A stretch of DNA of 64,000 nucleotides from Octopus vulgaris (GCA_951406725.2 OX597823.1:36766001-36830000); one strand, 5' to 3'; positions 1 to 14,515 are shown, numbered from the stretch's first letter. The notes: a model not told the origin generated them from the letters alone. Made by a program: numbers and translations.

Positions 1-60
1 GTCCACAAAATTCTCTGGACGAACTCTCACTACAACAAGCCATGGATAAAAATAAAGAAT
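1..60 (+). CDS. MRTF: MRTF exon (5'-truncated by window edge): [19 protein letters not shown](S)
   Basis: Open frame from position 3; donor T|GTAAGT at 61; phase 1 joins 15986 (T+CA=Ser) to give MDKNKESLKRKL leading into RPEL1. The ATG at 42 has a strong Kozak context (GCCATGG), but the frame is open upstream. Confidence 0.85.
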
Positions 61-399
61 GTAAGTAATGCCGGAGCAAAAGTGGTTCTATTTGATTGTG
101 GAAAGTAAATGTTTATTGTTGTTTCCTTTTTAACTCTTTCAATTCCAGAGCCTCTTCCATTATAGGTACTGAAAAAAAGGGATTTATTTTCATCCATTAC
201 ATTAACATTGTTATTCAGTGGATGAGAGATAATCTCTCATCTACTGAATTCAAATTGACTTTCCGCTGTCTTACATGAAATATATGTCACCTTTGTTTAA
301 TGAAAATTAACAATTTCAAGGGTATATTTATATATAGCCATAGAAATATTGCAAAAAGTTAGAGCAGCCCCTGACAAGTGCTCAGATAGCTTGGTTATA

Positions 400-442
<43 letters not shown>

Positions 443-3400
443 TGTACAATAACTGTATATAATATATATCATAATGATATTTATTCTCCGATTTTGAAGC
501 GACAATATTATTTGTGTAGTATTAAGACAGTTTAAGTATATATTAACTAAATTTGACTGAAATTGATGGGTGAGTGTTTGGTCAATCAGATTCGCAAGGA
601 GCCATGAAAGCATTGATTTGTTGCTTTGATTCAGTCTGAGGTTAGCTCATCATTTTTTGGTCATTTGTTTATATTTAAAAATTGTCGCTTCAAAATCGGA
701 GAATAAATATCACTATGATATATATTATATACAGTTATTGTACAATTATTATTCTATGAGCCTTCCATAGTAGCTTTCTCTCCGTAACTCGCAAAGCCTT
801 TCGGGTTTGTTTATAAAAGTATTATTTATATAGTTGTATATATACATATATATCACATCACCATCACATGACCGACCAGTCCATCAGATGTAGTTACACA
901 TCGCTGGTCACAATGTGTTCGCATTGTTTTAGCCTTCGAATGACGCCACCCCGCTGGCTAAGCGAGCAGGCCAACAGAAGAAAGAGTGGGAGAAAGAGTA
1001 CAGCAGGGATCACCCCCCACTGCCGGAGCCTTGTGGAGCTTTTTAGGTGTTTTCGCTCAATAAACACTCACAACGCCCGGTCTGGGAATCGAAACCGCGA
1101 TCCTACGACCGCGAGTCCGCTGCCCTAACCACTAGGCCATTGCGCCTCCACATATACATATATATGATATACACACAAGCACGCACATACACTTGACGTC
1201 TGAAAATGACAGTATGAGTTTCCATTGAAGGAAAATATAGGGTATAGGGTCCAGTTAAACAAAATAATGGATCACATACAAAACGATAAAAAATGAAGTC
1301 CCTCTTCTCTGTCAAAGAAAAAGGCAGTGACTTAAGTTAGGCTACATATGTTGGTTTGAGTCTCAGATGTCTACAGCCTCAGCTCTACATGTTTATTCTG
1401 TCCCTGACACATCATTTTCCTTGAGCCAGATACTTAGATCTGTTTCCTGAACTTTAGTTAAACCTTTTTTTTTAAAGGTTCTTTATTATATATAGATTAG
1501 CAAAGACATCTCTAAGTACAATTTCATAAATTGCATTAGTTTATAAAGAAAAGGAGATGAGATTGAATCATGTCTATATTTCTGTCTCAGTGATATTGCT
1601 GAATCAGTGAATTAGTTGTAACTGGGCATCAAGTTTGCCTTGTTAATTTGGTTTGCCAGGAGCTGATAGTAGTAGCAGCAGCATTAGTAATTTGTTATGT
1701 AAGCTTAGTTCACATTTTTAGGTGAGAGAAAGAAAGGAATATTGGAACAGATGTAATAGTTTTACTATTTCTAAGTGAAATGGTTTTAAGTTGGAGGTGA
1801 AGTCAGGTGAGAATTATTGTGAAGTTAGGATAACCATTAAAATAATAATATTCAACTCTAGCAGCAATATAAGGAATAGAAATATTGCTGCATTACTGAA
1901 GATAGTTTAAAGTGTGTAGTGGGAAGAAATAAACTTCCAAAGTAAGTATAATTTTTCTCTTTATTTTCTATTGAATTTCACTGATTCCTATAAATTTGTA
2001 CAATTTATTTTCTGCTTTTTTAATTTTAATATTGACTCACAAAGGCAGATTTATATTAATACAGATATATTAATAAAGCAATCACTTGACATGTTTCATT
2101 ACTTATAACTCTAATCTACAAGTATTTAAAAGTTAGGAAGAAAGGGGGAGGGTTTTTTTTTGGCATCATGCAAAATTTTTTTAAAAGTATTCTTTCAATA
2201 GTTATTTTTTTCTTTCTTTTTTGTTTTGTTATTTATAATTCAGTTCTCAGTTACCATTTTTAGTTTCTGCTAGAAATCTCACTCACTTTCTTCTGTCTTG
2301 TGGATAGGACTTGCATCATGAAATATGGCATTGTCAGAATTTAGTTGTTGCATGTTTGCAGTTTGGTTTAAAATAAAATTATAAAGGACCAGTATAACCA
2401 GTTAGTATTTTTGACTGCTGTAGTCTGGCTGTGGTAAATTTTGTTATATCTCTCTATTAACAGCTCACTTCTCTTCCATCCATCCACTCTCTTGAAATAT
2501 TCTTTGGCAGGTTATGAACAAACAACTGAATTCCTCGTTATCCCTAACTTGTCTTACTGCATTAGCATTTCACATTGCATATATTTTGCATCTAACAATT
2601 TGGCTGGCTATGCTTACTGCCCCGCCCCACCCTCTTTCTGTAGACCAGAAATAGCAACAAATATGAACATTTGGAATTATTCTCTTATTTTTCTTTTTTC
2701 TCCTTTCAATTATTATTATTATTATTATTATTATTGCTATTTATAGCATTAGGGGAGTGGGGATGATGTAGATAGATTAAAGCTGGACTAAAAACATTTT
2801 GGTTAACAAGTCTGGTGCCTCATCTTTCTGCATCATCCCTTCAGTGTCAAAAAAATTTTATTTAGAATCACTTTAATCAGCAAATGCCTTGTGTGTGTGT
2901 GTGTGTGTATGTTTATATATAGTGTGTATTTTGTGTGTATTTGTATATATATATGTGTATTTGTATATATGTATATGCATATATATCTATCTATCTCTCT
3001 ATCTATAATGTGATAGAAAATTCAACCAAAAAAGTACTCCATCTGATGAGAAATAAATATTATATATACATGTTTGTGTGTGTCTGTATGGTTGATTTGC
3101 TGCAACCTCCAGTCTTTCCAGATTCTCTTTTAGACAATTTACTCAAAAAAACCAAATGCACCATTTACTGTAGGTATGAATGTAAATTTACAATCTGGAT
3201 ATAAATGTTGAGGGTTTTGAAGTAGTTGTCTATAGTTATTGTCTTCCTCAGTAATTGTGTGCATTCATGTCTTTGCAAACATATGTGTGCACACACACAT
3301 ATTGAATAGAGAGAATGAATACTGAACATTGCATTCTATCTCTGTGACTTTACCATGCTACCATTGGTTTCATGTTATACATTACAATTATCAACTGTTT

Positions 3401-5362
3401 CACTTGAAAATGTTTGTAATTCATCTTCACTTTGGATAAAGCTATGAAGCCTTATCCAAGCTAAAGATGAATTATCTACGTTTTTTAAATCATCATCATC
3501 ATCATCATCATCATCGTTTAGCGTCCGTTTTCCTAAACGATGATGATGATGATGATGATGATGATTTAAAAAAAAAAAAACGTAGATAATTCATCAAGTA
3601 AATAAATAAATATATAAATTGCGTATGTATTTAAATATAGGTATATACATATTGTATTTAAAGAAAATATGTACTTTTGCTGTATTTTGTCAACCTGATA
3701 GCTAAATGTTTATATCCCCAAATCTTTAATGTTAATATAGTATGTGATAGATAAATCTAACTGAAAATCTTAATCAATCACCATTGTTAATGCTTTTTCG
3801 ATCTAACAGACACAAAGTTTCTTGCCCTTTCAACTCCTGTTTTAGCTTTATGTATTTAATAGAGGCATCTGTGTGGGTTAGTAGAAATGATGTAGATCAC
3901 GGAACATCAGAGTGTTTAAAGACAGTTGTCTTGGTTCTGTGTTCAAATCACATATTTCTTGAAGTAACCTCTCTCTGATCTCTCAGCCTGCTAAAAATAA
4001 TAGTAAAATCACTTTTGAATCAGTACTTACTGTCTTAAATGGACATATTGGCTTATGTAGTCCAAACTACACTGTCTAGAAAAACGGAAAAGACAGGATA
4101 GTCACAGTGGGAATAATCTTAAGTTTGCTTAATCAGCCAACTTGGGGGCTAAATAACAACTTCATCTCTCATTCATCTGGAGTCAATATAAAATGGGATT
4201 CAATTGATTGTATCTCTCATACTCAAAAATTGTCCATGTATCTAGTTAGTAGATTTCATTAATTATATTTTCCATTTTTTTTTTTGGGGGGGGGGGGGCA
4301 AGGAATTAGGAGTAAAGTTAAATTCTACCATTTATCATTCAAAAAGTTGTTCCTTGTTAACAAAATCAGTCCAACTCAGATGGTCTCCATCTTTGATTAC
4401 TAGCAACAGTGGTTCTTCTTTTTTTTTTTTTCAAAATACCTTCCCTGTTTTTGTTCCAGGTGGTCTCTTGTCAAATCAGTTTAATGGGGCACTGTTGCAC
4501 AATGAAGAGATGCCAGACTCACAAATGACTTTACTCCAAACTGCCCCAGCAACTAGGTTTGATGCCACAACAGGTGAACTTTTCATTGCCCCTACCCATC
4601 AACCAACATTCTGAGAATGCCTCTCTCTTATAGACTCCTCCATTAACTTTCATTTCTTCTGCCTCTTGTCCAAACAACTTAACCAGGTCCACTCACTCGC
4701 TGCGCTGATGAGATGGGGATGACGGGAGGAAAACTACTGAATAACATTACAGTGGAACAATTGACATTATTATTGCTATCTAAATATATTATTATTATTA
4801 TTAGTAGTAGTAGTAGTACTGTTTGCATTATTAATATATAGAATTCTGGATTACTGAAACTTTTATCTACTTAAAAGCAAAGAGTTTATTAATAAAGCTA
4901 TTAACCAACTCAAGTGGATTTCCAAATTGTCTAAGTTGGCATAGGTTTGTTCCAGTTCTAAGAAAAGCTTTTAGTTTAATGTAGATACCCACCCCACCTC
5001 TACACCCATCATATTTGGCTTCATTTCAATAAATTTGGGAGTTAAAAATTAGAGAAAAGAAAGTCAATTCTAAAATTATGTTTTGGAATGTGATATTGTA
5101 AATTACTTTGAGAACTATAATTATTTAGTTTGCAGACTTTAGTGAAGGTTGATATTGTCTGGGAAGTAGGGTGAAGATGGAATGGCAGAATTAAGAGGAG
5201 ACAATAGTAGAGTCATACATAATTTTAACGCAAACATTTTAATATTTAAAAAAAATGTTTTGTATATCTTTTGATGGAAGTGTTTCATCATAGATGGCCA
5301 TCATAGCATGAAATGACCAGAAAAGATACATAATATAATAGTAATAATGTTAGGCAATACTC

Positions 5363-5399
<37 letters not shown>

Positions 5400-8300
5400 T
5401 GGAAGGAAAGACTTTGTCTTAGAACTAAGAAAAGACTTCCGTTAATAGTTACACAACTTCAGTATCTAGGTAAGATGGACACAACCTTGATGTAGAAGTG
5501 TGTCTTTGTGTATGGAAGAGAGAGAGAGAAGTATGGTTTGATATCTGTTTAAAATACTAGGCTATTTTCTGGTGAATACTGGAGTATCAGTGGACTAGGT
5601 AGAAGGTGGCCAATTCCTTGTGGTCTTTAGTTAACAACAGCTGCTAAACTAATTGTATTGTCAAGAACATTGTGAATTTATTAAAGTTGTGGAAGAGGAA
5701 TTATCTAATGAGAGATGTGTGAGAATTGAGAGGCATCATATCTTGACTGCTGGCAATAAACTAGTGTATACTGTGAGAAAACAAATTGAGTTAGCTGCAG
5801 CAGCATTAGAGAGTGAGCTAGAAGGGTATCTGGAGAAAGACAAAATGGGTTGTCAAGAAAAAAAAAATTTGTTATGATGAGGTTATAGATCTAATAAGGT
5901 TTTACACTGTTCCCTAGAATTCAGATTTGTGAATCTTTTTAACAAATAGGCAAAAAACAAAATAAAATATGAATCAAAGCAAATTCTTCAACTTCTGGAG
6001 AACCTGTTCTGATGATACTCAGTCTTCAGGCCTAAAGATTTTGATAGACCACCATCATTAAAAAAGTCCAACCTAAGTATGGCATTTATATAAGTCATTA
6101 TTACAAATATTCACTGTGTCAGAAAGTATATGAGAGTTGTAGATGTATACAAGGGAACTGACAACTCTTACGTATTCTTGTATCAGTCAGAATGATGATG
6201 CAGTTGGGAGAAAAGTCCGTTAGGTGGGGACCCAATAGTTGGTACCCACAGCTGTGTTTAGACTCAAGAAAATCTTTGGCATTAATCTCTCCTTTGAACT
6301 AAACACAAATATGTATTTACACTGTTAAAACCAACTGCAGCAAATATAGTCTTACTTCAAAAACAAACTGGCTTCAAATCTGTATAAAAGAATTGTAAAT
6401 TATTTACATCTATAAAGGGAACAGGGAACTTCGGGGAGTGTGGGGGGGACTCAGAAAAGTGAATAGTAAGGAACTTACATTTCTGAGTTTAAATTTGACC
6501 AGGATTGATGAATGTCAACAAGATTTTTAGGTGGTATCTGTACTTGGGGGCAGGAAAATCATATGGCTATAACTTTAGTGCTGATGTGTGTAGGACTATC
6601 TATTAAAGGGCAGTGGAATAGGCTGAGACATAATTTGATTTTTTTTCTTCTTTAGAGTCAAATAATTCTGTGAATGTGAAGTAACCACGTGGCTAAGCCC
6701 ACACCATTCTGGTTCGTGTCTGGCCTGAGTTGACTTTCTATTTATCATTTTAGGACTGATAGAATATATATCATAATGGTAGATTGTAATGGCTATATTC
6801 ACACAGCTCTGACAAGATTAATTAGCTTACTATTGCTGCTGCTGCTGCTGCTACTACTACTACTAATACTAATACTACTACTGTTTTTAATTGTTACTGT
6901 CATCATTTATTCATTTAACTATATAGGGACCTGTGGCAGATGTTGCTTTTTTATTCCAACTCCAAACTAATAATGATCAGATATGTTGTGGTGTCTAACC
7001 TCTAAGCTTTCTTTTTCACTCTCTGTCTCTTTCTTTTTTTTTTTTTTTTTCTCTCTCAAATATTTTAAGCATCTCTTCATGCCAGTATATACGTTTATAA
7101 TATATACATTATATGGAGATATAATGGACATATAATATAACTCTTTGCTTCTTATAAAAAGCCACACACCTACACCTTTACTAGTAGCTGCTTATTTTCC
7201 TTTTGAAGCTTTTTCTTTTTATTTAAATATTTTTTTCCTTACCTTTACTCAAAGCTGTTCCTTTTAATCTGAATTAAAGGGATTTTTTTCATTGTTGCTT
7301 AACTCTATTTCCCTTCTGTTATCTTTGCTTTACAGTTCTTGACTTTTTCTCTCTTGCTTTTCCTCTTCTTTGGTGACTTCTAAGCAACTGACTCCTTTCT
7401 ATTTTTTTTACTGGGTTATATTGTTTTTTTTTTCCTATTTTCTTTTTGTTTTCTAGTTTTTACTTTTCTTTGTTTTGTATTTTGCTTATTAATGTTTACT
7501 TTTTTTTCTTTATCTATTTTTACTTAATTCTGTTATTTTATGTTTATTTTATCTGTGTGGGGATTTGGGTATTAAGGTAGGGGGTGAGGGTTGGTTACTT
7601 CTAGCCTGGAAGACACTTTATTTATTTACACCTGGGACATTTGGGTATATGTTACAGCTGAGAGATACACCTGTGTAAAATTAATGGGTGAAGGGCATAA
7701 CTGGAATATGGGGTACAGCTGGAGTTATAAGCATCGCTTATGTAATGTACAGTTAATGAAGATATCACCCTTATATAAGTTACACCTTGGGTAGTACACA
7801 CACACACTTGTGGGCAGTTTTCTTTCAATATCTTGCCAGTATTTCTTCTTTTATTAATCCTTAATGAGTGAACTATCTACTCTCACATATGTATGTATTT
7901 ACAGCTGGATGGGGACAGACACGTACACATGTGCGTGTGCGAGCACACACACACACACACACACACACTCACTTCCACTCTCTCACATACACACTCACCC
8001 TCTCTCTCTTACACATTTCGTCTCTCTCTTTCGCACACACATACACACTATCTCTCACATACACACTCACCCTCCCTCTCTCTCTTTTGCACACCCCTAA
8101 TACATGCATCTTTGAATTATTACCCTTACAATTTTTCTTACTTTCTTATACATACATCCTTTCTGCTAGTTCTTGTGTGTATGTTGTTTTTTTTTTTCAA
8201 GGTGTCCTGTAAAGGGAACTAAAAGATTAGGACTGATTATAATAATATTTACAGTATAATCTGCCACACCATGACTACATGGAGGAACTGTTGTAGAAGG

Positions 8301-11300
8301 AGAAGTGACTTCATTGAGAGACTCTTGTATAAGTTGTGGTGTTCATAATGTGCTGTAATTATTATAGAATAACTATGACACTGTTGTGTGTCTGCAATAT
8401 TATATAATGAATATGTCAAGTGTAATTGCTGTATGCCAACACTATGATAGCGTGGTTACTATGTAACTGGTGGCTGGTATATAGTATATACTATACTATG
8501 GTGTATTGTATGATGTAGTATGACTGACTTATGCATAGGACATATTGACAGCTTGATGTGTAGTCAACAACACTCGTAATGACTATGTAATATTGGAGTG
8601 TAAGCTTGTGTTTATGGCTTATTGTTTACTTCAGTTCTTGAAAAGTAGAAAATCTGTTTTGACAAAGCTGTAACAGGAAGCTGGAAGTTGCAAATTTGCT
8701 ACTTTAACAGTTGAGTCTGTTATCTTATATTCAAGTTATACAGCCCTTGTGTTTAGTTTATCTAGAAGTAAATCTGCCCAAGTTGTAGGCGTACCAAATA
8801 ACCAAACACCCCCACACCTCAATTACTACACTTTCACTTCTCTGCTCACTCAACCAAATATTGAAAGTCTTGTATTTATAAGTGTTTTAATCCTCTTTGC
8901 ATCAGTAATACAAATAAAATTCTCTTTGCTGTATCCTCTGGCTTTCTCCAACAACTGATCAACCATGTATATTTAAGTCCATTCTTTTTGATCTAATTTT
9001 CCCACTTACAAGTTTGTTTTCATCATCTTCCTTTCTTGCATTTTTTTTCTCTGTTAGCCTAAGTTCCTTGTATTAAAACACTACATAACCAATTCAGCGT
9101 TCTCATCATGCCTTTGAGGTTTTTTCTGTTCCTGGCCTCCTACAAAGTCCTGAAGTGTTGTTTATAATGTTTTTATCATTATGTTTTGCTGTTTTTATTA
9201 TCATATTCTGTCAAATTACTTAAACCTTTCCTTCCTCCTCCATCATTCTATGCTTTGACTTTTAACAGGCTTCACTACTAAAGGGAATTCCCTCTCTTCC
9301 TTAAAATTCCCCGTGTAGAACTCTCAGCATAGAACTTACTGAAGATCAATATTTGTGTGTGCGTGTTGATGTATATTTTGGGCTGCAATTAGCTTTTGAC
9401 TAGTGGTGGATGACAAATAATTAGATATATTGAGAAAAGGTTTTAGATGGGAAGAAGAGATCCCCTTTCAACTTTACACAGACCGTGATATGTTTGTGAA
9501 GGTATGGGATAGAAGTTGATAAATTAAACTCTATAATTAGTTCCTACTCTGTGGTTCTCTAGTATGACTGGGAATTAAAAAAGTACTTCACTACTTTACT
9601 GTTCATCTTGATTGTATGGTGGAGGTATAGAAGAAGAGAAAAAAAAAAGCAAGTTTCTATTAGCAATAATGTTAATGCCACAACTATTAGTAATATGATA
9701 TATTGTGTGCAGCAATAAAACAAATAGATTTGTAAGAGATTGTCATTCACCAAATCATCTTAATCATGCCCCCCCTCCACACCAAATTCTGTTTATCAAT
9801 TCATCAGAGTTTGTTAGCTGGTGTTTGCCCTACTTTCTCTTGTGCTTATCCCAATTCTATTTCTTTAAAGATATTGATTTCAAATTTTGGCTCAAGGCCA
9901 GCAATTTCAGAGGAGTGGGTAAGTCAATTACATCGACCCCACTGCTTAACTGATACTTATTTTATCAACCCTGAAAGGATCAAAGAGAAAGTTCAGCTCA
10001 GTGGAATGTGAATTCAAGACATCCAGCTGTAGAAACTCTGCCAGATCATATTGGAGCCTGGTGCAGCCATCTGGCTCGCCAGTCCTTAGTCAAACCGTCC
10101 AATCCATGCCACCATGGAAAGCGGACATTAGAAAGCTTAGAAAACTTAGCAAAACACCCAGAATGGATTTGATCTGAGAAAGTTGTTGTAACCCTTTCAT
10201 TGTTGTATGTCAAACAAATATAGACTGTTTGAAAGTTTCAAAAGAATTCATGTTTAGAATAAGATTATGAAATTTAATTTTTTTTTTTTTTGAAAAAAAA
10301 AAAAAAGAAGCTTTTGATATTGTGTGTTTGTGTGCAGACAGTTATGTGTATGTGTGTACACATCTTTGTCCATCATTGAATGTATGTTTATGTATGTTGA
10401 TTATTAAATGCTGTTTATCAACAAATACACTCCAGTTATAAAATTACAGGATTGTTAAACTCATTAACTACATGAAAAAAAAAAAAAGTAGTTTTAAAGA
10501 CTTTCCTCTAGATTTTGACTAACCTCCTGAGAATTGATGCATAAACATGTTATTAATTTGTAAGCTTGTCCTTACTACTTGAAAAACACCCCTGTGTGTG
10601 TCTGTGGTATTTATCCTCAAGAGTTCTTTCAGAAAAAACGTGTGCCAGTGTTGAAAAGTTTAGTGCTTATTGGTGAAAGAAATTCAGTGAAATGTTTTGA
10701 TTCTTAGTAGAAACAACTTTCATATTTTTCATATTATTATTAATGGATTTACAAGTACCACAACTTCCCAGTCTTCTTGCATACATTGAAGGCTCTGAAA
10801 ATGTGTGTTTGTGTGCATGTATAATGCACATGTTAAATGCAGGTGTAGATAAACATGCAAACAGGCTTATCATCTAATATTATATTCAATTTTGAATTAT
10901 GACCTATGTCCCTGTATTCTCTTGTTCCACAGTCTTTCTCATGATTTTTCTCTACCACCGTATGCTGTATTTTATTGAGTCAAACATGTGTTTGTATATT
11001 TGTGTATCCTCCAAGAAAACCACTGACAGGAATATTATTGTCTGTTTGCATGTTTTACAAATATTTCTATCATGATTGGTTTTCTTGCCTTTCTTCCATC
11101 TCACACACATGTGTTTGTTTGTGTGTGTGTGTTGTATGTTTATGTGTGTGTGATAAGCACAAGCATGTGTATAGACACTAGCATGATCATAAGAACATGC
11201 ATGGCTGTGTGGTTAAGAAGTTCACTATGCAGTTATGTGATTTCAGGTTCACTCCCACTGCATAGCACCTCAGAGATGTTTAGTCTCACAGAAGTGATGA

Positions 11301-14167
11301 CAAGTGACCAAAACTTCTGGCACTCTGCTGTGCTTGAGAAGACATGTCAAGCTAAGTGAAATTGTGGTCATGACCAGTGCAAGTGACACATAAAAGGTAC
11401 CTATGCTGGTGACGCATAAAAAGCAAGCATGCCAGTGACATGTAAAAGATGCCCATTACACTCTATGGAGTGGTTGACGTTAAGAAGGGCATCTGGCCAT
11501 AGAAACCAAGCCAAAACAGACTGGAGCTTGATGTAGCTCTCTGGCTTATCAGCTCCACTCAAACTGTCTAACCCAGGCTAGCTTGGAAAACAGACCCTAA
11601 ATGATGTTGATGACTCTCAGATTAGATACAATGTTAATACAACATTATTGCAATATCGAAAAATTTTCTGTTCAGTATGATGAAGATGTAATCATTTCAA
11701 TATAAAGTTAAAGTTGTTATTTATTGTGGTGATAGACATTAGCACCCCCATGTGATTAAAAGATGGACTTGTCAAACTCTTATAAAGAGTATTGTTATCG
11801 TTGAGACGACAGAGGGGGTTTGGAGTTTTGCACCAGGCTTCAGTCTGATCTTGCAAGGTTTCTACAGCTGGATGCCCTTCCTAATGCCAACAACTCCGAG
11901 ATTGTAGTGAGTACTTTTTACATGCCACTGGCATGGGAGCCAGTCAGGCAGCATTGGCATTGATCACATTCGGATGGTGCTTTTTACATAGCACTGGTAC
12001 AGCAGCCAGTCAGGGGTCACTGGCTTAGACCACATTCAGAAGATGCTTTTTATGTATCACCAGCATGGTAGCCACTCGGTGGGCAGTGGTATTGACCATG
12101 TTCAAGTCGTGCTTTATATGTGCCACTGGCATGGGGAGCTAGTCAGGCAGCACTGGCATCAATCCATCCTTGAACGATGCTTATCACATGCCACTAGCAC
12201 AGGTGCCAGTCAGACAGCACTAGCATTGGCCACAACTACAATTTCACTTGACTCAACAGGTCTTCTCAAGTACAGTGTGTCATCTGATGATTCAGAGATA
12301 CTTTTAAATGGGCTGGTTATGTAACACTGGTATCGGCCACAGCTGCGATGTTACTTTACTTACTGGCTCTTCTCAATCTCAGCATATCTCCAAAGGTCTC
12401 GATCTCTTGCCACTGCGAGACCCAATGTTCGAAGGTCATGCCTCACCACCTCATCCCAGGTCTTTCTGAGTCTACCTCTTCCACAGTGTTCCCTCTACTG
12501 CTAGGGTGTGGCACTTCTTCACACAGCTGTCCTCATCCATATGCAACACATGACCATACCAGCGCAGTCATCTCTCTTGCCCACTACATTTGATGCTTCT
12601 TATGTCCAACCTTTCTCTCAGGGTGCTTACACTCTTTTGTGTATGCACACTGACATTATACATCCAGTGGATCATCCTAGCTTCATTTCTTTCAAGCCTA
12701 CGCATGTCCTCAGCAGTCACAGCCCATGTTTCACTGATGTGTAGCATGGCTGTTCACACACAGGCATCATACAGTCTACTTTTCACTCTGAGCGAGAGGC
12801 CCTTTGTTACCAGCAGAGGTAGGAGCTTTCTAAACTTGCTCATGCTATTCTTATTCTAGCAGCTATGCTCTCCAAGCAGCCACCTCAGCTAGAGACTTGG
12901 TCACTTAGATAGTGGAAGCTATCAACTACTTCTAGTTTCTCTCCCTGGCATGTGATGGAATTTGTTTTCTGTACATTTTCAGTATTTATTGCCTTTGTGC
13001 ATCTGCCACACACAAAAACTGTCTTCCTGGTTAACTTTCCTTTGATATTGCTGCATCTCTTATGTGTCCATTGCTTGCACTGGGTATATCGTATGGAGTT
13101 TCTAGCTATGCCTTTTCTACAGTTTGAGCAGGGCCATCTACCTGAAGATTTGTCTGCCTTCCTTCTTACTAGGACTTTGCTTTTTGCTAGATTGACTTAA
13201 AGGCCCTTCAATTCATTATCATCAAAAACAGAAGTGGGAAATCTTTGTACGCTGTAACACCATGTTGTTCTTAATTGCCATTTGACAAGAAAAAAAAAAT
13301 TCCTGCAAATTATTTTATCAGTTATTATTCTTAAAACTTTGACAAAGTGTACTTTTAACTATGACTTTGTTTTTGCCATTGCATAGCATGCTTGACTATA
13401 AAAATGCCAATAGTCACCCTTGAAGAAGCATACATGGTAACACAGCAATGTGTGTGCTAAGTCACAGTTCATTTTACATTTTCTAAACATAATTACAAGT
13501 ATAGATAAAGAAATATAAATAGATGTATCAAAAATCCCATTAGTTCAAAGGATAAACTTTTAATGTAATTAAATCAACAAAAATATACTCTGTAAAAGAG
13601 TAAAGAGTAAAGAGTAGTATAATGAGTTTTCACTCAAAATGTATTTCTTTGAGAAGGCTGCTAGTTTTCTACTTCTGATTTCAAATCATAGTAATATAGA
13701 AATGAATTAATTTAAACATTATCTAAAATCATGGCAATTTGAAAATTAGAAATGGATATAAAATCATGGTTTCATAATACTAAAACTGTGATGAGAACTT
13801 CCTTGTATTGGAAAGACATATTGAGTGCTTAGGGAGGGAAGTAACTCCAAATATCAATGGACTTAAACTATGGATGACTTGTCCAGCTGAAGCTATCACA
13901 CACATGCACGCATGCGCGCGCGCGAGAATAGAGATAAAAACTGTCAAGTAGGCACACATGCATATTGGCAGCCATATGTAGTGCTAGGGAGGAAAGAGGA
14001 ATAAAGGCCAGATAGAGAAAGAAAGAAAGGAAGATGCAAAGATGAAAGAAAAGGGAAGAAAGGAAAAACAAAGGAGAATAATAAGAGAGAAAGAGATGTA
14101 GGGAGTGGGGTAGAAGATAGAAGTCATTCTCCAGCCATGAACATGTTAGTGCACAAACAAGTTGCTA

Positions 14168-14204
<37 letters not shown>

Positions 14205-14515
14205 GTTGCTAACAACTAACTAGCACAGAAGGAAGATAAAGGATGAAAGCATGCCACATGAAGAATTACCAATACATGTGTATTTATGCTTTTTTTAGTG
14301 TGTATGTGTGTGTGTATCACATGCATACGTATAAAACTAAATGTTATAATAGTGTTTTTATTATAAAGTATTTTTAAGAACAACATCAAAACAATTACTG
14401 ATGGTCTGATTCTTTAATGAGAGTAGAATCACATTTGTTGGGAAAACCATGTTTACTGGAGCTTCACTCTTCTCTTTCTCTCTCTCTCTCTCCCGTCTGT
14501 GTGGATGTCTGTCTG

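Noticed and set aside
1075-1150. Functional tRNA-Arg gene
   Set aside because: No proper acceptor stem or terminator; it continues into a SINE body.
8202-8600. Possible alternative non-coding exon after a TTTTCAAG acceptor
   Set aside because: Only an acceptor-like site and a weak donor; no ORF or other support visible.
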